Assembly (NCBI GenBank): GCA_034780895.1
Contig: JAUZTB010000118.1
Location: 77,708,557 to 77,772,556 of the forward strand
Origin: Rhynchobatus australiae
Lineage: Eukaryota
Direction of reading: 5' to 3'
DNA length: 64,000 nt
Below, piece after piece: positions 38,259 to 51,120 of this stretch (positions are counted from its first letter, which is position 1; each line of letters starts with the position of its first letter). The notes under the pieces were generated by a model, which was not told the DNA's origin, did no database searches, and worked only from the letters and a program-made list of their open reading frames with translations. The position numbers and the translations under genes are program-made.

Positions 38259-39364
38259 TTTCTGATANNNNNNNNNNNNNNNNNNNNNNNNNNNNNNNNN
38301 NNNNNNNNNNNNNNNNNNNTTAAGCATCCTCATAGCTTCACTGCTCAGTTCCCACTGTTTACAAAATGTAGAGTGAATTCTCTGTTGCATCACCTCACTG
38401 AGCATCAAACCAAATAGGAAGTCCCTAGGTGTCCAGTACTGCATTAATAGCCAGCATCTCAGCAGCACCTTAGACTGGCGTGAAAGTACCGCTGATCATC
38501 ATTGTAAACTATTATACAGAGAATAAAAATTGACACAACTGCTGGAAAGCCCTCTGTGGATTCATTTTCAATGAGAGTGGCAGCTGTTTTTGGCCAGGCT
38601 TGAGAGTAAATGAAGGCAAACTGACTGTTATTTTGGTTAGAAAATTAAGTTTTGACTTGTTAAAACGAAAGGTAATTATTTTTTCAATGAGAACCATGGT
38701 CTGAGAAAACTGGGTCACTGTTGACATTTTCCAAATCCCCCGCCTCTAGTTATGTTTTCTCAGTCGTAGCCTATAATTATGATTACGCTGTGGGTAAATT
38801 GTGTGGCCTGCTCCTGATTATACCTTTAGTCGAAGACCATCTGCTGGTGATGGAGATGTTTGGATGTTAGCCCTTCTGCAGGTGGTAATGCAGAAATGAA
38901 GGAAACCATTGGTGCAGGTAGTAAGCAGATGTATCCTATCAGCTTGTTTCAGTACCCCTTTTCAATCTGCTGTCCTTGGCATGTCGATGGGCTGTGTGCC
39001 TGCAAGTCAGCTGGTTCCTCAGCATCAGCAATGATTCACTCTGGTCTCAAGTCTTTTGAAAACACAGGAATGCACAGAGTCATGTTTTTTTGCACTCCTG
39101 ATGCTGCGAAATTTCTTGTCAAGACTTGAGCCTCTCTGAAAGGAGAGGATAGAAAGTTTTTAATGAAATCCTGCTAAAACCTGAATTGCATAAGGATATA
39201 TGTCAAAGAATGAAGCAAGTGATTTTATTTTTTTTGTTGAGATTGGAACCTGTTTCAGCAGTAATTGAAGCTCAATGCTTTGAAGTAGTTGTAAATGCTT
39301 AGAGGACCGAACACTGCTATATTTCCTGAAGTGGATAAAATGTTTATAGATGTGGATACAGACA

Positions 39365-39512
39365 GTATTTGTACCTTCTGTCCTGATGCAGTGTCTCGAC
39401 CCGAAACATCAACCATCCCTCTGCCTCCACAGATGCTGCTCGACCCACTGAGTTCCTCCAACAGCTTGTTTGTTGTTCTAGATTCCAGCATGTGCAGTGC
39501 CTTTTGTCTCCA
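39365..39512 (+). mobile_element. PLE terminal repeat with hammerhead remnant (~39378-39414)
   Basis: gtc-CTGATGC-a-gtgtc tc gaccc-GAAA-ca-TC-aacc, then cctccacagatgctgctcgacccactgagttcctcca. Confidence 0.8.
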
Positions 39513-40159
39513 ATGTACTTTCAAAGCTGCTGTACATGATGACGGCTCAGTATAACTATTTTATCAGCAGCTCCCTGCTTCCTCCATTGATTACTCCATG
39601 CCAGTCTAGACCACGAATTATAGCTGAGTGATGACATCAAAACANNNNNNNNNNNNNNNNNNNNNNNNNNNNNNNNNNNNNNNNNNNNNNNNNNNNNNNN
39701 NNNNNNNNNNNNNNNNNNNNNNNNNNNNNNNNNNNNNNNNNNNNNNNNNNNNNNNNNNNNNNNNNNNNNNNNNNNNNNNNNNNNNNNNNNNNNNNNNNNN
39801 NNNNNNNNNNNNNNNNNNNNNNNNNNNNNNNNNNNNNNNNNNNNNNNNNNNNNNNNNNTGCACTGAATTTTCAAAAACATCATTTCTTATGTTAATATAT
39901 AACAAAGATTGTAAGCAATCTGCCAGTATCACTGTGACAACTGGTGATACAATTTAAGTGATAGCTATCAATGTTTCCTCTGCTAAACATATAATCACAG
40001 TATTAACATATATATCTATAGGTTTCATTTCTGACAAGAACAGTAATCATTCAGTCATACATTGATATGATTTGACAGAAAAGATGTAATTGTGAGCTTT
40101 TGCCATGGCTGCCACTGTGAGGGTGTTAATTTTTACAATTAAATGATGATGGTAGAGAA

Positions 40160-40335
40160 CATCACACAAAATGCTGGAGGAACTCAATGGGTCAGGCAGC
40201 ATTTATGGAGGGAAATGGACAGCCGATATTTCTGGTCGAGACCCTTCATCTGGACTGGAAAGAAAGAGGGGAGATAGCCAGTGTAAAAAAAAAACTGGGG
40301 GGAAGAGGTGGACAAGAGCTGGCAGCTGGATAGCA
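40160..40335 (-). mobile_element. PLE terminal repeat with hammerhead motif (40217-40258)
   Basis: Minus strand: cagtc-CAGATGA-a-gggtc tc gacca-GAAA-ta-TC-ggctg. Confidence 0.85.
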
Positions 40336-40477
40336 CATGGTCGAAGAGCTGCAGGGCAGCAGAGATCTCAGAGGGGGACCAGTGAGAGAGGTTCTCACAG
40401 AACTCCCGTGGAAGAGAGGAGGAATATTTCTTCAGGATAGGCATACCTTGAAGAGACTTTACAGTGGAGCAGCAAAA

Positions 40478-40655
40478 TGGAGACATGAGAGAATACAGAT
40501 GCTGGAAATCTGGAGCAACATGCAAAACGCTGGAGGAACTCTGTGGGTCAGGCAGCATCTGTGGAGGGAAGTGGACAGCTGATGTTTCGGGTTGAGATTC
40601 TTCATCTGGACTGGAAAGAAAGAGAGGAGATAGCCAAAATAAAAATGTGGGGGAT
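40478..40655 (-). mobile_element. Second, tandem PLE terminal repeat with hammerhead motif (40573-40614)
   Basis: Minus strand: cagtc-CAGATGA-a-gaatc tc aaccc-GAAA-ca-TC-agctg. Direct repeat of 40160-40290. Confidence 0.85.
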
Positions 40656-42419
40656 TATTTTCCTCTGTTATGCCGATTTTAACCGTTCCATACCTATGTA
40701 CCTTGTATGGAAAAACATCCAAAATATTGAAAAGAGTTAGAGGAAGGAAGCAAATTATCAGGAGAATGTGAAAGAAGTTCATATTTTCACACTGCTCCTG
40801 CTACATACAGTATTGTGCCACAAAGTGATTTTTAATCCAATCCTCCTTCACCCCCACCATTGCTCTTATAGTTTGCCATCTGTTACTAAATTGTTTCGAC
40901 TATAGAACCGAAATGAAAGGTGTTTAGAGGAGAGGAGAGGGGAGTGAAACTGCAATGGAGACCAGAGGCTTGCTATATCTACTCTGTACAGCATATACTA
41001 TCACCATTGTTTCACTTCCATGAAATATTACAGTGATGCAATAATTATCACAAAGGAGCATCCACTACAAGTGAANNNNNNNNNNCCTCTCTTTTGTCCT
41101 CATTGTATTTGGTCTAGGGTCACTGCATCTGGATCTCAGTGTCTCTCCTGGTCTGAGCCACTCAGCATCATAGAACTATCCTCTGGCTTCCAGCCTCAGC
41201 TACAAAGTCAGTCCACCTTCTGATTCCAACTTACAACATTAATGCAAATTACCTTCTGCAGCTGGGCACATAGACCCAAGACCACGTCTGGAAAGCATGA
41301 ATGTCTTATTGAATTTAGATCAGGAAACTGAGTTATGAAGAGTTGCTTCATAGCATCTACTGTACACTTATCGCTAGCCATCTTTGCACATTCCTGAAGT
41401 CAAAATTACCTAAAAAAAACATTTGATATGATGCTTTTATCAAATTTCAGACAAGTTGGTAGATCATTAGATTAGATGGTGTTATCAACCAAATTGTATA
41501 GCATTATTTCACAACCTTGAATTCTTTTCTGTGTTTGTGAATTCATGAGAGATGTACAACTGGTTATCATAATCTGATGAAGTAAAGGACATTTAGCAAA
41601 GTGTCTCCTGAGACACATCCACTTTAACTTAAAAAATTCAGAGCCTTTAGCTCCTCTGTTTCCCATAGAAGCACGATTGGTCAATGGGGAGAATCAGTAC
41701 AGGGTCAGTTTCTCCAGACTGAGCCTTTGCTGCTGCTGCTAGTTGCCAGGTAAGGAGAAAACTCACATCCTACCCATATGCCTTGCTGCGTAATGCTGTG
41801 TTCAGCCTCCTGCCTGACCCGCTTTATTTCTGAATCTCGTGCTTCATTTCCCTCTCCACAGATGTCCCTTCTGCCCTGCTTCACTCCCTGTTTCCTCTAG
41901 GACTGCCTCATACTCCAATAACCTGCAAACAATACCTTGCAATGTCCACCTCTGGGAAATGGATTTTTGGCGCCATCACTGAAACAACAAAGCCATTGGA
42001 AGGAATTGAACTCTTAAGGCATTATTGGCTTAGCGGCAACATGATTAAATTAAATGTTTATTTAGTTAAATGTTGATTTAGCAAAAGAGAAAGTTTAACA
42101 AGAAGACTGTTTTAAGTCAACATTACTGATGTATTATGGAATCATTAACAACACCACAGAGAGCTGTCATTAACTGGCTTGTTGTGTACAGTTGTGCCTG
42201 GCTAATTTGATTATAGTTGACAAAGGAAATTAAAGATAAATTAGTAAGGGTGACAGCAAATAAGAAAGCTCCACACAGAATACAACATAAACATGCTTTT
42301 AAATTATCCTTTGATCTCCTCACCAATGAAAGGATAAACTTACCTTCAAGGGGGTGAAATAAGGTTCATTAGATTCATTCTTAAGCTGAAAATAGATTGA
42401 GCAGAATGAATCCAGATTT

Positions 42420-42730
42420 ATAGTGTTTACTTGAAATATACAAAATATTACGAGGGATTGGAAGGACTGATACGGAAAGCTCAAGAGCCTAGAACAAGGG
42501 TCTCAAGAGATGTCTTCAATCAGAGTATTGTGAAGCTTCAGGATTCTCTGCCCAAGAGTGCTGTCACTTGGTGTATCAGATTTTATGTGCCCAGGGAACT
42601 AAGGGGAATGGAGGTATGGTGGGAAACTAAAAGATAAGTAGAAGATCTGCAGTACCTTACTGAATGATGGAGCAAGGCAGAAGGGCTGTTTGCCATGTTC
42701 CTTTTTCTGTTTCTCATGGTTTTGTGTACT
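42420..42730 (+). mobile_element. Decayed CR1 3' end
   Basis: ctagaacaaggg...cttcaatcagagtattgtgaagcttcaggattctctgccc...tgaatgatggagcaaggcagaagggctg. Confidence 0.65.
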
Positions 42731-45394
42731 GTATTCTCAGATCCTATTTTAATCTTTACAAGGTAAAGAGAGAAAAAAAGCAAATTTCTATAAGTGATTG
42801 CAGAACTAACAAAAAGGTTCAAATAATGTCAGAAATGGCAATACCCGAGCCATTCATCAAGCCTCTAAAATAAGACAAAAGTAAATTTTCTAAAAGCTCT
42901 ACCTATGATTTTAGATATAGGAATTTAGTTCAACAGATCTTCTGTTGTCTGGCCTAACTACTTGCTCTTTATTTTAAAACTTTGAAAGTCAACATCAGAC
43001 CCAGCCCAAGCCACTCCTCTTCTGACACTACTTGTGTGTGTAACACGTAATACATAATGCATACATACGTACAGACTTGATGTGCTTGTCATCTCTTTAA
43101 CCAAAAAAGCACCAAGGCTAGTTGTAGCACATCTAACATTATGTCAGCTCACATTAGTTAAATCAGCAAATGAAGTTGGAGTCTTAAACCTCCATGGTGT
43201 ATGTGGGACAGTACACGAAAAAAAACAGCCACTTATAATTTATATCAAATAGTGCTTAGTTGGTGTTGATTTTATGTAGGAACTCAATTCCTTTCATTTT
43301 GATTCCCTTTCTCCTGTGTCAGCTCTGACGCCAAATGTCAAGAGAATAATTCAAGTCTATGATTGATGGTGACACTCCTACAGAGGATTAAAGATTGTGA
43401 CATTATCGCTGTAGCTTTAATTGAGCAATAATGTGATTGATTACTGGAAGATTCTGTGTCCAGTATACCCTGGGATTGGGCCAACTACATTTCTGCATTC
43501 CTTAACCTTTCCCTTTTCACAAAGAGATTTTGCTTTCCAAGTATTTCTTTTTTAGAAACATGAAAACTCACCATTCCCACCCTGACACCCCCCAGGTTGC
43601 AAGATCATATATCTCTATATCCCTGCTATTTTTTACCTGAAGATGTGTGCTCAAGTTGGGATGAACTGCAATGAATGGAAGTATGCATTGGGGTTTTGTT
43701 TGGTAAGTAAGGGAAACTGTAAGGGAAAAGTGAGGAGCATTCCCAGATAATTCCTTCCTAACACTGGCCACAAAGTATTTCACCCGTGTATTCCAGAAAA
43801 GTTGGAAACGATGAAAGTCTGCAGCTTTGAAATCCATATTGAAATTTTTCACAGAGGCTCAGTTTATCAATCATCTCAATTTTCCATCAGAGGGAACCTG
43901 AGCCCAGAGAAGGGGCAAGTCCCTTCTCATGTTACTCAAAGATGGATCTTGACCTCTCAGAGGTGCCCTTGGTGGAACCTCTGGAGCATTTTCAGGCTGT
44001 GAAGTCTGTGTCACTCTGACTTGAAGAAACGGGATGAGGAGGAAATAGGAGAAAGCATGGAATCAGAATAAGACACTTGTAATTTGTAAGGGCTATGTCA
44101 CTATTTTTACTCACATCAGAGGCTAATTCTTAAATTTCAGGGATATTTTATGAACTGACTATTGACCAATACCTTATAACTTTGACTCTGACTGCATGAA
44201 CTACTTTTGAGGCAGTCAATGCATGTTCATAGTTTCAGGTCTTTGAATTATTAGTGCTTTGCATGCTGACATTTCTACTCTCATTGGATGCAAAAAGATC
44301 CTGAAAAATTCTTTCTGGTTCAATATTATTTATTCTACGTTTATTTTTCACTCCCATCCTAAAATGAGGGCTATTGTTGGGGTACTGTTCCAACATTCGC
44401 TGGCACATTTTGACACTTCTCTCAGATCTGTGAATCCAAATAGTGGAGGGGGGTGGGGGGGTTGGTCATCACTTTCGTTGGTATCGTGGCCTGATTCTTC
44501 TCTCATTCATCACACACATATGCAACTGCATTATTTTGTGGGTGGAAATCCAGGTTAAATTTCCCTGCCTCTGGTCGGGTGTTTTGGCTAAAGTTAGTGC
44601 CAGTTGTGATCACAGGTTCTGGTTTGCTCAGAAGCAACCCAAGCTTTCATTAAAATTTCTTCTGGAGTTCTGCAGCAGTAATGCAAGGTCTACGGAGACT
44701 CACAAGAAGGTAATTCTACTTGCTGGTTCATTTGTAATATTGAGAGAGAAAGAAAAATTGCAGAAAGTGATGTTTCTCTGATTCATTAATAGAATGACTA
44801 TAAGATAATGAGAACATCTGCTTAACTGCTGTGACGTGTGAGTTAGGATGTGAATGGTGCTTAAAAAAGACTTCTGTGCTGAATAGCTTTTCACTGACAG
44901 ATGTCTTCAATCACTAGTGATTGAGATTATTTAACAGTGCAATTGACTGAGACAAAATTGCCAAAATATCGGGAAGAGCTGGTAAACTGATCAGAGTTCA
45001 GCAAGCACTTAATAGCCTAACTTGACAATTACACTTGACAAATGAAAAGGTTATCTGGGAGCTATGTACCTGACCACTTTATTTACTTTTAGCAATGTTA
45101 ATGTTGAATGAACCAATCTTGTTTTGTCAACTGGTCCTGCTGATCAGCAGACTTGAGTCTACAACCCCGAAATGTTAATGACTTGAATTGCTCCAGTCCT
45201 GTACTGCAATTTGCTACTTTGAAAAATATTTCTTTGCTTTTTTTTCTGTTATGTTCCGACCCACTTGCAGAATTTTTTTTTATACTTGTTCTCATGATGA
45301 CACTGTTCCTGGCTGTCTCAAGAAGGCGGTGGGCCTGCTGGTGAAAGAGCAACAGTGCTAAATAGGAGATTCCAAGATTTTGACTGAATTCTGA

Positions 45395-45485
45395 GGAAAG
45401 CTCGCCAACCTGAGGTGTTAACTTTGTTTCCCTCTCCACAGACGTTCCCTGATGTGCGGAGAATTTGCAGCATCTTGAGTTTTTT
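45395..45485 (+). mobile_element. PLE terminal-repeat fragment with decayed hammerhead
   Basis: gaattCTGAGGAaagctcgccaacctGAGGtgttaactttgtttccctctccacagac. Confidence 0.6.
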
Positions 45486-48339
45486 TTCCTATCATCATTT
45501 AGCTGGTGATGGGGAAGAGGCTACTCAGTGGTAAAAGACCAGATTTGGATTTTTGTGGTTCAGGGTCCCACATTGTCAGGTAAATGTTAGCATCAAAGTT
45601 GTAGTAATGCAACTTGGCTCAGAGAGTTAATACCCCTTAACCATAGTTCTACTTGAATGCAGCTGGCTGTTGTCAGGATATGTAGCCTTTGCAGTATTTG
45701 TCTTGTCAAAAGGCATAACTGCTGTACATACTTTAATATCATGAGCAAACTGGATTGTTTCCTTGATGCCTTTTTACAAATCATTAGTAAAGATGGTGAA
45801 ACGTCCCTGTTGCAGATCCATGTAGAATTCCACTGGTGACTAGTTGCATGAAGAACTATTATTATTAATGATATTCTATGGCTAGGTGACTGCAACCATG
45901 CCGAAATTCCCCAATAACCTTCACTCTTTCTGGGTAATCATTCATCATAAGTATTTTGCAAAAAATATGAGATATGACTAAACAGCAGTAGTTTCTTGAT
46001 ATGGACTTCCTGTCCTGCATATGAGCAAAACGGGCATTGCCACACTTGATTGGAATGAACCCAAGCTTGGTCTTCTATTTGGTTTGTAAGAGAGTAGTTC
46101 TATATTATACTTCATGTCCAATGTTATCCAAGGCAATGGGGAAGCTCTTATAAAAATCCTTTGACTAAATCTTGCGTTCTGATTATCTGTTGGAAGAATT
46201 TCAATGTTAGCTAGATTGTCAAAATGAAAAATGTCTTTGGAATTGCACATTTGTACCACTGCTGCTTCTGTCAGAAATGGAAGTTAAAGCTGTCACATCC
46301 ATGCAGTGAGAAAGGATTGAGTCCATTTTTACCTTAAGTGTTTTGACATTGGACATCATGGCAAATAGGTTAACGAAGGTCGTAAAAAGTAGTGTTGTAA
46401 TGATTGCTTCTTAAAACCTTGAGACATAGGTACATTTAAGAACTGAAAATATAAGCTTTTTATCATTGAATTAACAACTTGTCAAAACTAATTTTGAGTA
46501 GAATTTTGATTGAGGTGAGGCACCAATGAATGAGAAAGTGTGTGTGTATAAATGACGGGATATCAACCCAACACAAACTGCTTGGACATGATACCAGATA
46601 AGAGTCTGATATAGGTCTATCTTTTTGTTCATAATTAGTGACTGCATATTTAACCTGGTATATTAAAAAAAAATGGAAGAAAACTCCAAACAAATGTATT
46701 TAACATTTTACAGGGTTGATTCAGAAATGGCCTTGAAATCTATTTGGACCAATAATGTATTCCGGGCCCCATCCGAGTATATTCTTGGAGCTCAGTACAG
46801 GGCATAATTAAACAATCTAAAGGTGATGATCTGATTCTGTGTTCCTGCAATATTGTGATAAGGCATGGACAGCTCTGATATAATCTCACCATAATCTTGT
46901 AGTGCTAACTGACAAATGTGCATGGACATAGATAGTTCTTTTAGTCACATTGTCCTTGAAATAAGGCATCAACAATTCAAACTTTTTATACTTAGTTTGG
47001 ATTTAAGATACTGCTACAATCCTCAAATGATTAACTTGCACAGATTGGTCTTAGTTATTTGCTGTACAGCCTGGTTTAACAGGTAGAATATTGTGGTGGA
47101 ACTAATGAAGATGAACTAGTAAAGTTCTGCTCAGCGAAAAGTGGCCACAGTGGGTTTTTGACAGAAGCAGAAGGAAGAAGCAATTAGCTTCCCAGCTTGC
47201 AGTGCTTGTGTCTGCCTGACCTTTTACAACAGCATCCCACTATAGAACAATAATGCCTGAGGTGGGAAGGTCATAAAACCAGAGCTCTTAAAGAACATTA
47301 TGTGTTTGATAACTGCAAATATTTCGAACAATGAAAAAGCATACCGATAGTACAATAAGCCATTCATTCCTGGGGTGGGTGTGGAGGGATACATTTATTC
47401 TTAGTTTTGTCAGATTGTGAAAGGGAATGGCATTTTTGTAAAATTACTGTGGTGATAAGGTCAGCTTCAACCATATTTGTATTCTTATAAATATATCTTC
47501 CTTTTGTTAAGTTCATTACTTGTTCCTTTGTTAAGATGGTTAAACTGTGCAATCAATCTCCTGAGGTAAAACTAGAATGCTCTAGTTGTATGAATAGAGC
47601 TGTAGTTAACTTTATATATATGATATTTATGCATGTATGTATGAATATATCCTACATAGAATCTCAAAAATCTGATTGAAGAAAAATTTAAAGCTTTTCA
47701 AGTCCAGAATTTTATGCCATACGGTCAGGCCATACTGAATTAAGTTTTTCACCCTAAGGTACTGTAGCTTGAAAAATGCTTTACAGTAATCAAAATCCAA
47801 TGCAGAATGTTGTGTGTTGTTGATGCCGGTTTGTTTGTTATGTAGGTAGGTGGCAGATGCCACACAAATTAGGCTTTCTCACTCTTATTTGCTGATCCAT
47901 GTATTCTGAAGATGCTGATGGCAGTTGACTTACTGCAATGTAATGAGGCAGAGGACAAAGGCTTTAGAGACTGTTATTACAGTGAGTGATTTTAGAAGCT
48001 GTCAAAATCGCAGCTAAATAAAGAACATTTCTTACAATGAAGTAAAGTGCAAAATATATTTAATTTTTTTAATATATGCACAAAATAAGCAAGATGTTTA
48101 AGATTTGTCACTCCACAGTAGAAGGATTAAAATGAAAAGCATGCCACCATGAAACTTCCTTCAAGTGAAAACTGATCCTATGGGAATTAATTTAATACTT
48201 AAAATGAATACCAGGCTCTTCATTGTTTATTTGGCAAGCAGAACCGTCCCTGCGGTCTGAAAGAAGATAATCTTTCAGTGTGAACTGATTGACTGACCAT
48301 TTTCCTTACACCTGTAAAAACACTCTTTCCATTGTATCA

Positions 48340-49545
48340 GCAACAACAGCAGCAGCAACTTGTATTTATATGGCCCATTTAATGTTATCACACAAACTTG
48401 TCAGTGAGCCAGAAGGAGATAGAAAGGCAGATGACCAAAAGCTTGGTCGAAAAAATAAGTTTTGAGAAACATTTCAAAGAAGGAAAGAGAAGTAGGGAGG
48501 CTTAGTGAGGAGATTACAGAGTTTCAGGCCTCGGCAACTGTAGGGAGGTGTGGAGAAGAAGCATTTAGAGATGATCAAGAGCACTGAAGGAGGAATGCAG
48601 TGTTCTCAGTTGGGCTGGATAGTGATAGGGAGAGGCAAACCCACAGAGGGTTTTGAAAACCATGGAAAACACTTGTAATTGAAGCATTGATTTACTGGAA
48701 CCAAAGGACAGAAACCTCAGGAATGATGTACTTGAGAGGCCAAGTTTTAGATGATCTTATGTTTACAGAGGATAGAATGAGGGATTCCTGCCAGGAGTAT
48801 GTTGAATTAGCAAAGAGGTAAGAAATACGTGGATTAGGGTTTCAGGGCTGATGAATTGAGGCAGGGGCTGAGATGGGGAAGATTATGGAGGTGGAAATAT
48901 GCAGAGTTTTTAGCGCTACAACTAAGTGGTCCATATCTTATTTTGGGGTCATATCTGACACCGAGGTTGCACATAACCTGGGCACTTTTAGGCTTTCACA
49001 TAGGGAAAGGTGAAGCTGATAAATTGGGAATGTCATTTGTGACTGAAGCAAAGAGATTTGCCTCGATGTTCCTAACATTTAGTTTGAGGAAACTAGTTCA
49101 TTCAGCACCGTTTTCAGACAGGTTGTGTGATAACTTAGGGATAGAAGTGAGGCCAAGAACTGTGTTGGTGAAGCAGAGGTGGATACAGTCAGTGTGCATG
49201 TGAAAATTGGTGCAATGTTTTTGGATGATATTGTCCAGGAGAGCATGTTGAATAGAGGGAGTCAAGGGTAAATCCATAAAAAAAGAGACACCANNNNNNN
49301 NNNNNNNNNNNNNNNNNNNNNNNNNNNNNNNNNNNNNNNNNNNNNNNNNNNNNNNNNNNNNNNNNNNNNNNNNNNNNNNNNNNNNNNNNNNNNGGGTAAA
49401 TCCATAAAAAAAGAGACACCACAGCTATGACTGTGGGAGCAGGCAGGAAAAACATTGCCAATGGTTCTCTTGCCAGGCCTCGATAAGTAAGAGTGGAACC
49501 AGGTGATGAAGTCCCACTCAGCCAGATGACAGTATTGAAGGAAAC
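48340..49545 (-). mobile_element. L2 LINE remnant (~1.2 kb, 3' end at ~48345)
   Basis: 3' tail atataaatacaag(ttg/ctg)n on the minus strand. FLKLNVRNIEA at ~49060-49090 and a decayed FHMYADD (FHMHTD) at ~49185-49205. Confidence 0.75.
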
Positions 49546-50928
49546 AACTTTTTTTATTATATATCAAGTCATTTTCACACTCAGGAACTGACTATAGTTC
49601 TCATTAAAAATAGACTGTTTATTGCAACAGAATCTGCTGCTTTCACCATTTCTGCTTTTGCTCTTTAAACTGAGTCAACTTGCTTCTGAGGAAGTGATGG
49701 TGTCATGGTGAGTGATACTTCATTATAAAAGAGTTGCATTGTGGTGGTAGCTGCATTTTTACCCTTGACTACTGTGGAATAACCTGGTTGAATTTGTACA
49801 ATGCACAGCTTTCTTCAGGAATTGAGACTAACTGTTCATGCTTGTCATGAGCTGGGCAGTCCGGCTGACAGTATCTGGTAATTTACACCAGGTTATGTGA
49901 TGACAGCCAGGCACCCAAGTTGTTTGTCAAACATATGCAATTGTCTTGTTAGTTCTCTACTGGGCAAAAANNNNNNNNNNNNNNNNNNNNNNNNNNNNNN
50001 NNNNNNNNNNNNNNNNNNNNNNNNNNNNNNNNNNNNNNNNNNNNNNNNNNNNNNNNNNNNNNNNNNNNNNNNNNNNNNNNNNNNNNNNNNNNNNNNNNNN
50101 NNNNNNNNNNNNNNNNNNNNNNNNNNNNNNNNNNNNNNNNNNNNNNNNNNNNNNNNNNNNNNNNNNNNNNNNNNNNNNNNNNNNNNNNNNNNNNNNNNNN
50201 NNNNNNNNNNNNNNNNNNNNNNNNNNNNNNNNNNNNNNNNNNNNNNNNNNNNNNNNNNNNNNNNNNNNNNNNNNNNNNNNNNNNNNNNNNNNNNNNNNNN
50301 NNNNNNNNNNNNNNNNNNNNNNNNNNNNNNNNNNNNNNNNNNNNNNNNNNNNNNNNNNNNNNNNNNNNNNNNNNNNNNNNNNNNNNNNNNNNNNNNNNNN
50401 NNNNNNNNNNNNNNNNNNNNNNNNNNNNNNNNNNNNNNNNNNNNNNNNNNNNNNNNNNNNNNNNNNNNNNNNNNNNNNNNNNNNNNNNNNNNNNNNNNNN
50501 NNNNNNNNNNNNNNNNNNNNNNNNNNNNNNNNNNNNNNNNNNNNNNNNNNNNNNNNNNNNNNNNNNNNNNNNNNNNNNNNNNNNNNNNNNNNNNNNNNNN
50601 NNNNNNNNNNNNNNNNNNNNNNNNNNNNNNNNNNNNNNNNNNNNNNNNNNNNNNNNNNNNNNNNNNNNNNNNNNNNNNNNNNNNNNNNNNNNNNNNNNNN
50701 NNNNNNNNNNNNNNNNNNNNNNNNNNNNNNNNNNNNNNNNNNNNNNNNNNNNNNNNNNNNNNNNNNNNNNNNNNNNNNNNNNNNNNNNNNNNNNNNNNNN
50801 NNNNNNNNNNNNNNNNNNNNNNNNNNNNNNNNNNNNNNNNNNNNNNNNNNNNNNNNNNNNNNNNNNNNNNNNNNNNNNNNNNNNNNNNNNNNNNNNNNNN
50901 NNNNNNNNNNNNNNNNNNNNNNNNNNNA

Positions 50929-51120
50929 CATGGAGCTGAGTAAAAGAGGGCTATGGGTAAGCCTTGTAATTTCTACGTTAGGGACATGTTCAGCACAGCT
51001 TTGTGGGCCAAAGGGCCTGAATTGTGCTGTAGTTTTTCTATGTTCTATTTTCTAAATGGGTGGTTGACGGATGGCACAGACTCGGTGGGCTGAAGGGTCT
51101 GTCTCTGTGCTGTATGACTT
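50929..51120 (+). mobile_element. CR1/HER1 3' tail emerging from a gap, followed by a second HE1/HER1-type tail
   Basis: gtgggccaaagggcctgaattgtgctgtag(ttcta)n, then gtgggctgaagggtctgtctctgtgctgtatgact. Confidence 0.75.

Noticed and set aside
45098-45439. 113-aa minus-strand ORF starting MERETKLT
   Set aside because: The start lies within a PLE terminal-repeat fragment, and the rest is unrecognisable.
49897-51055. Longest ORFs in the track (also 9449-9975, 39521-39957, 57956-58625)
   Set aside because: They are open only because they run through N gaps.
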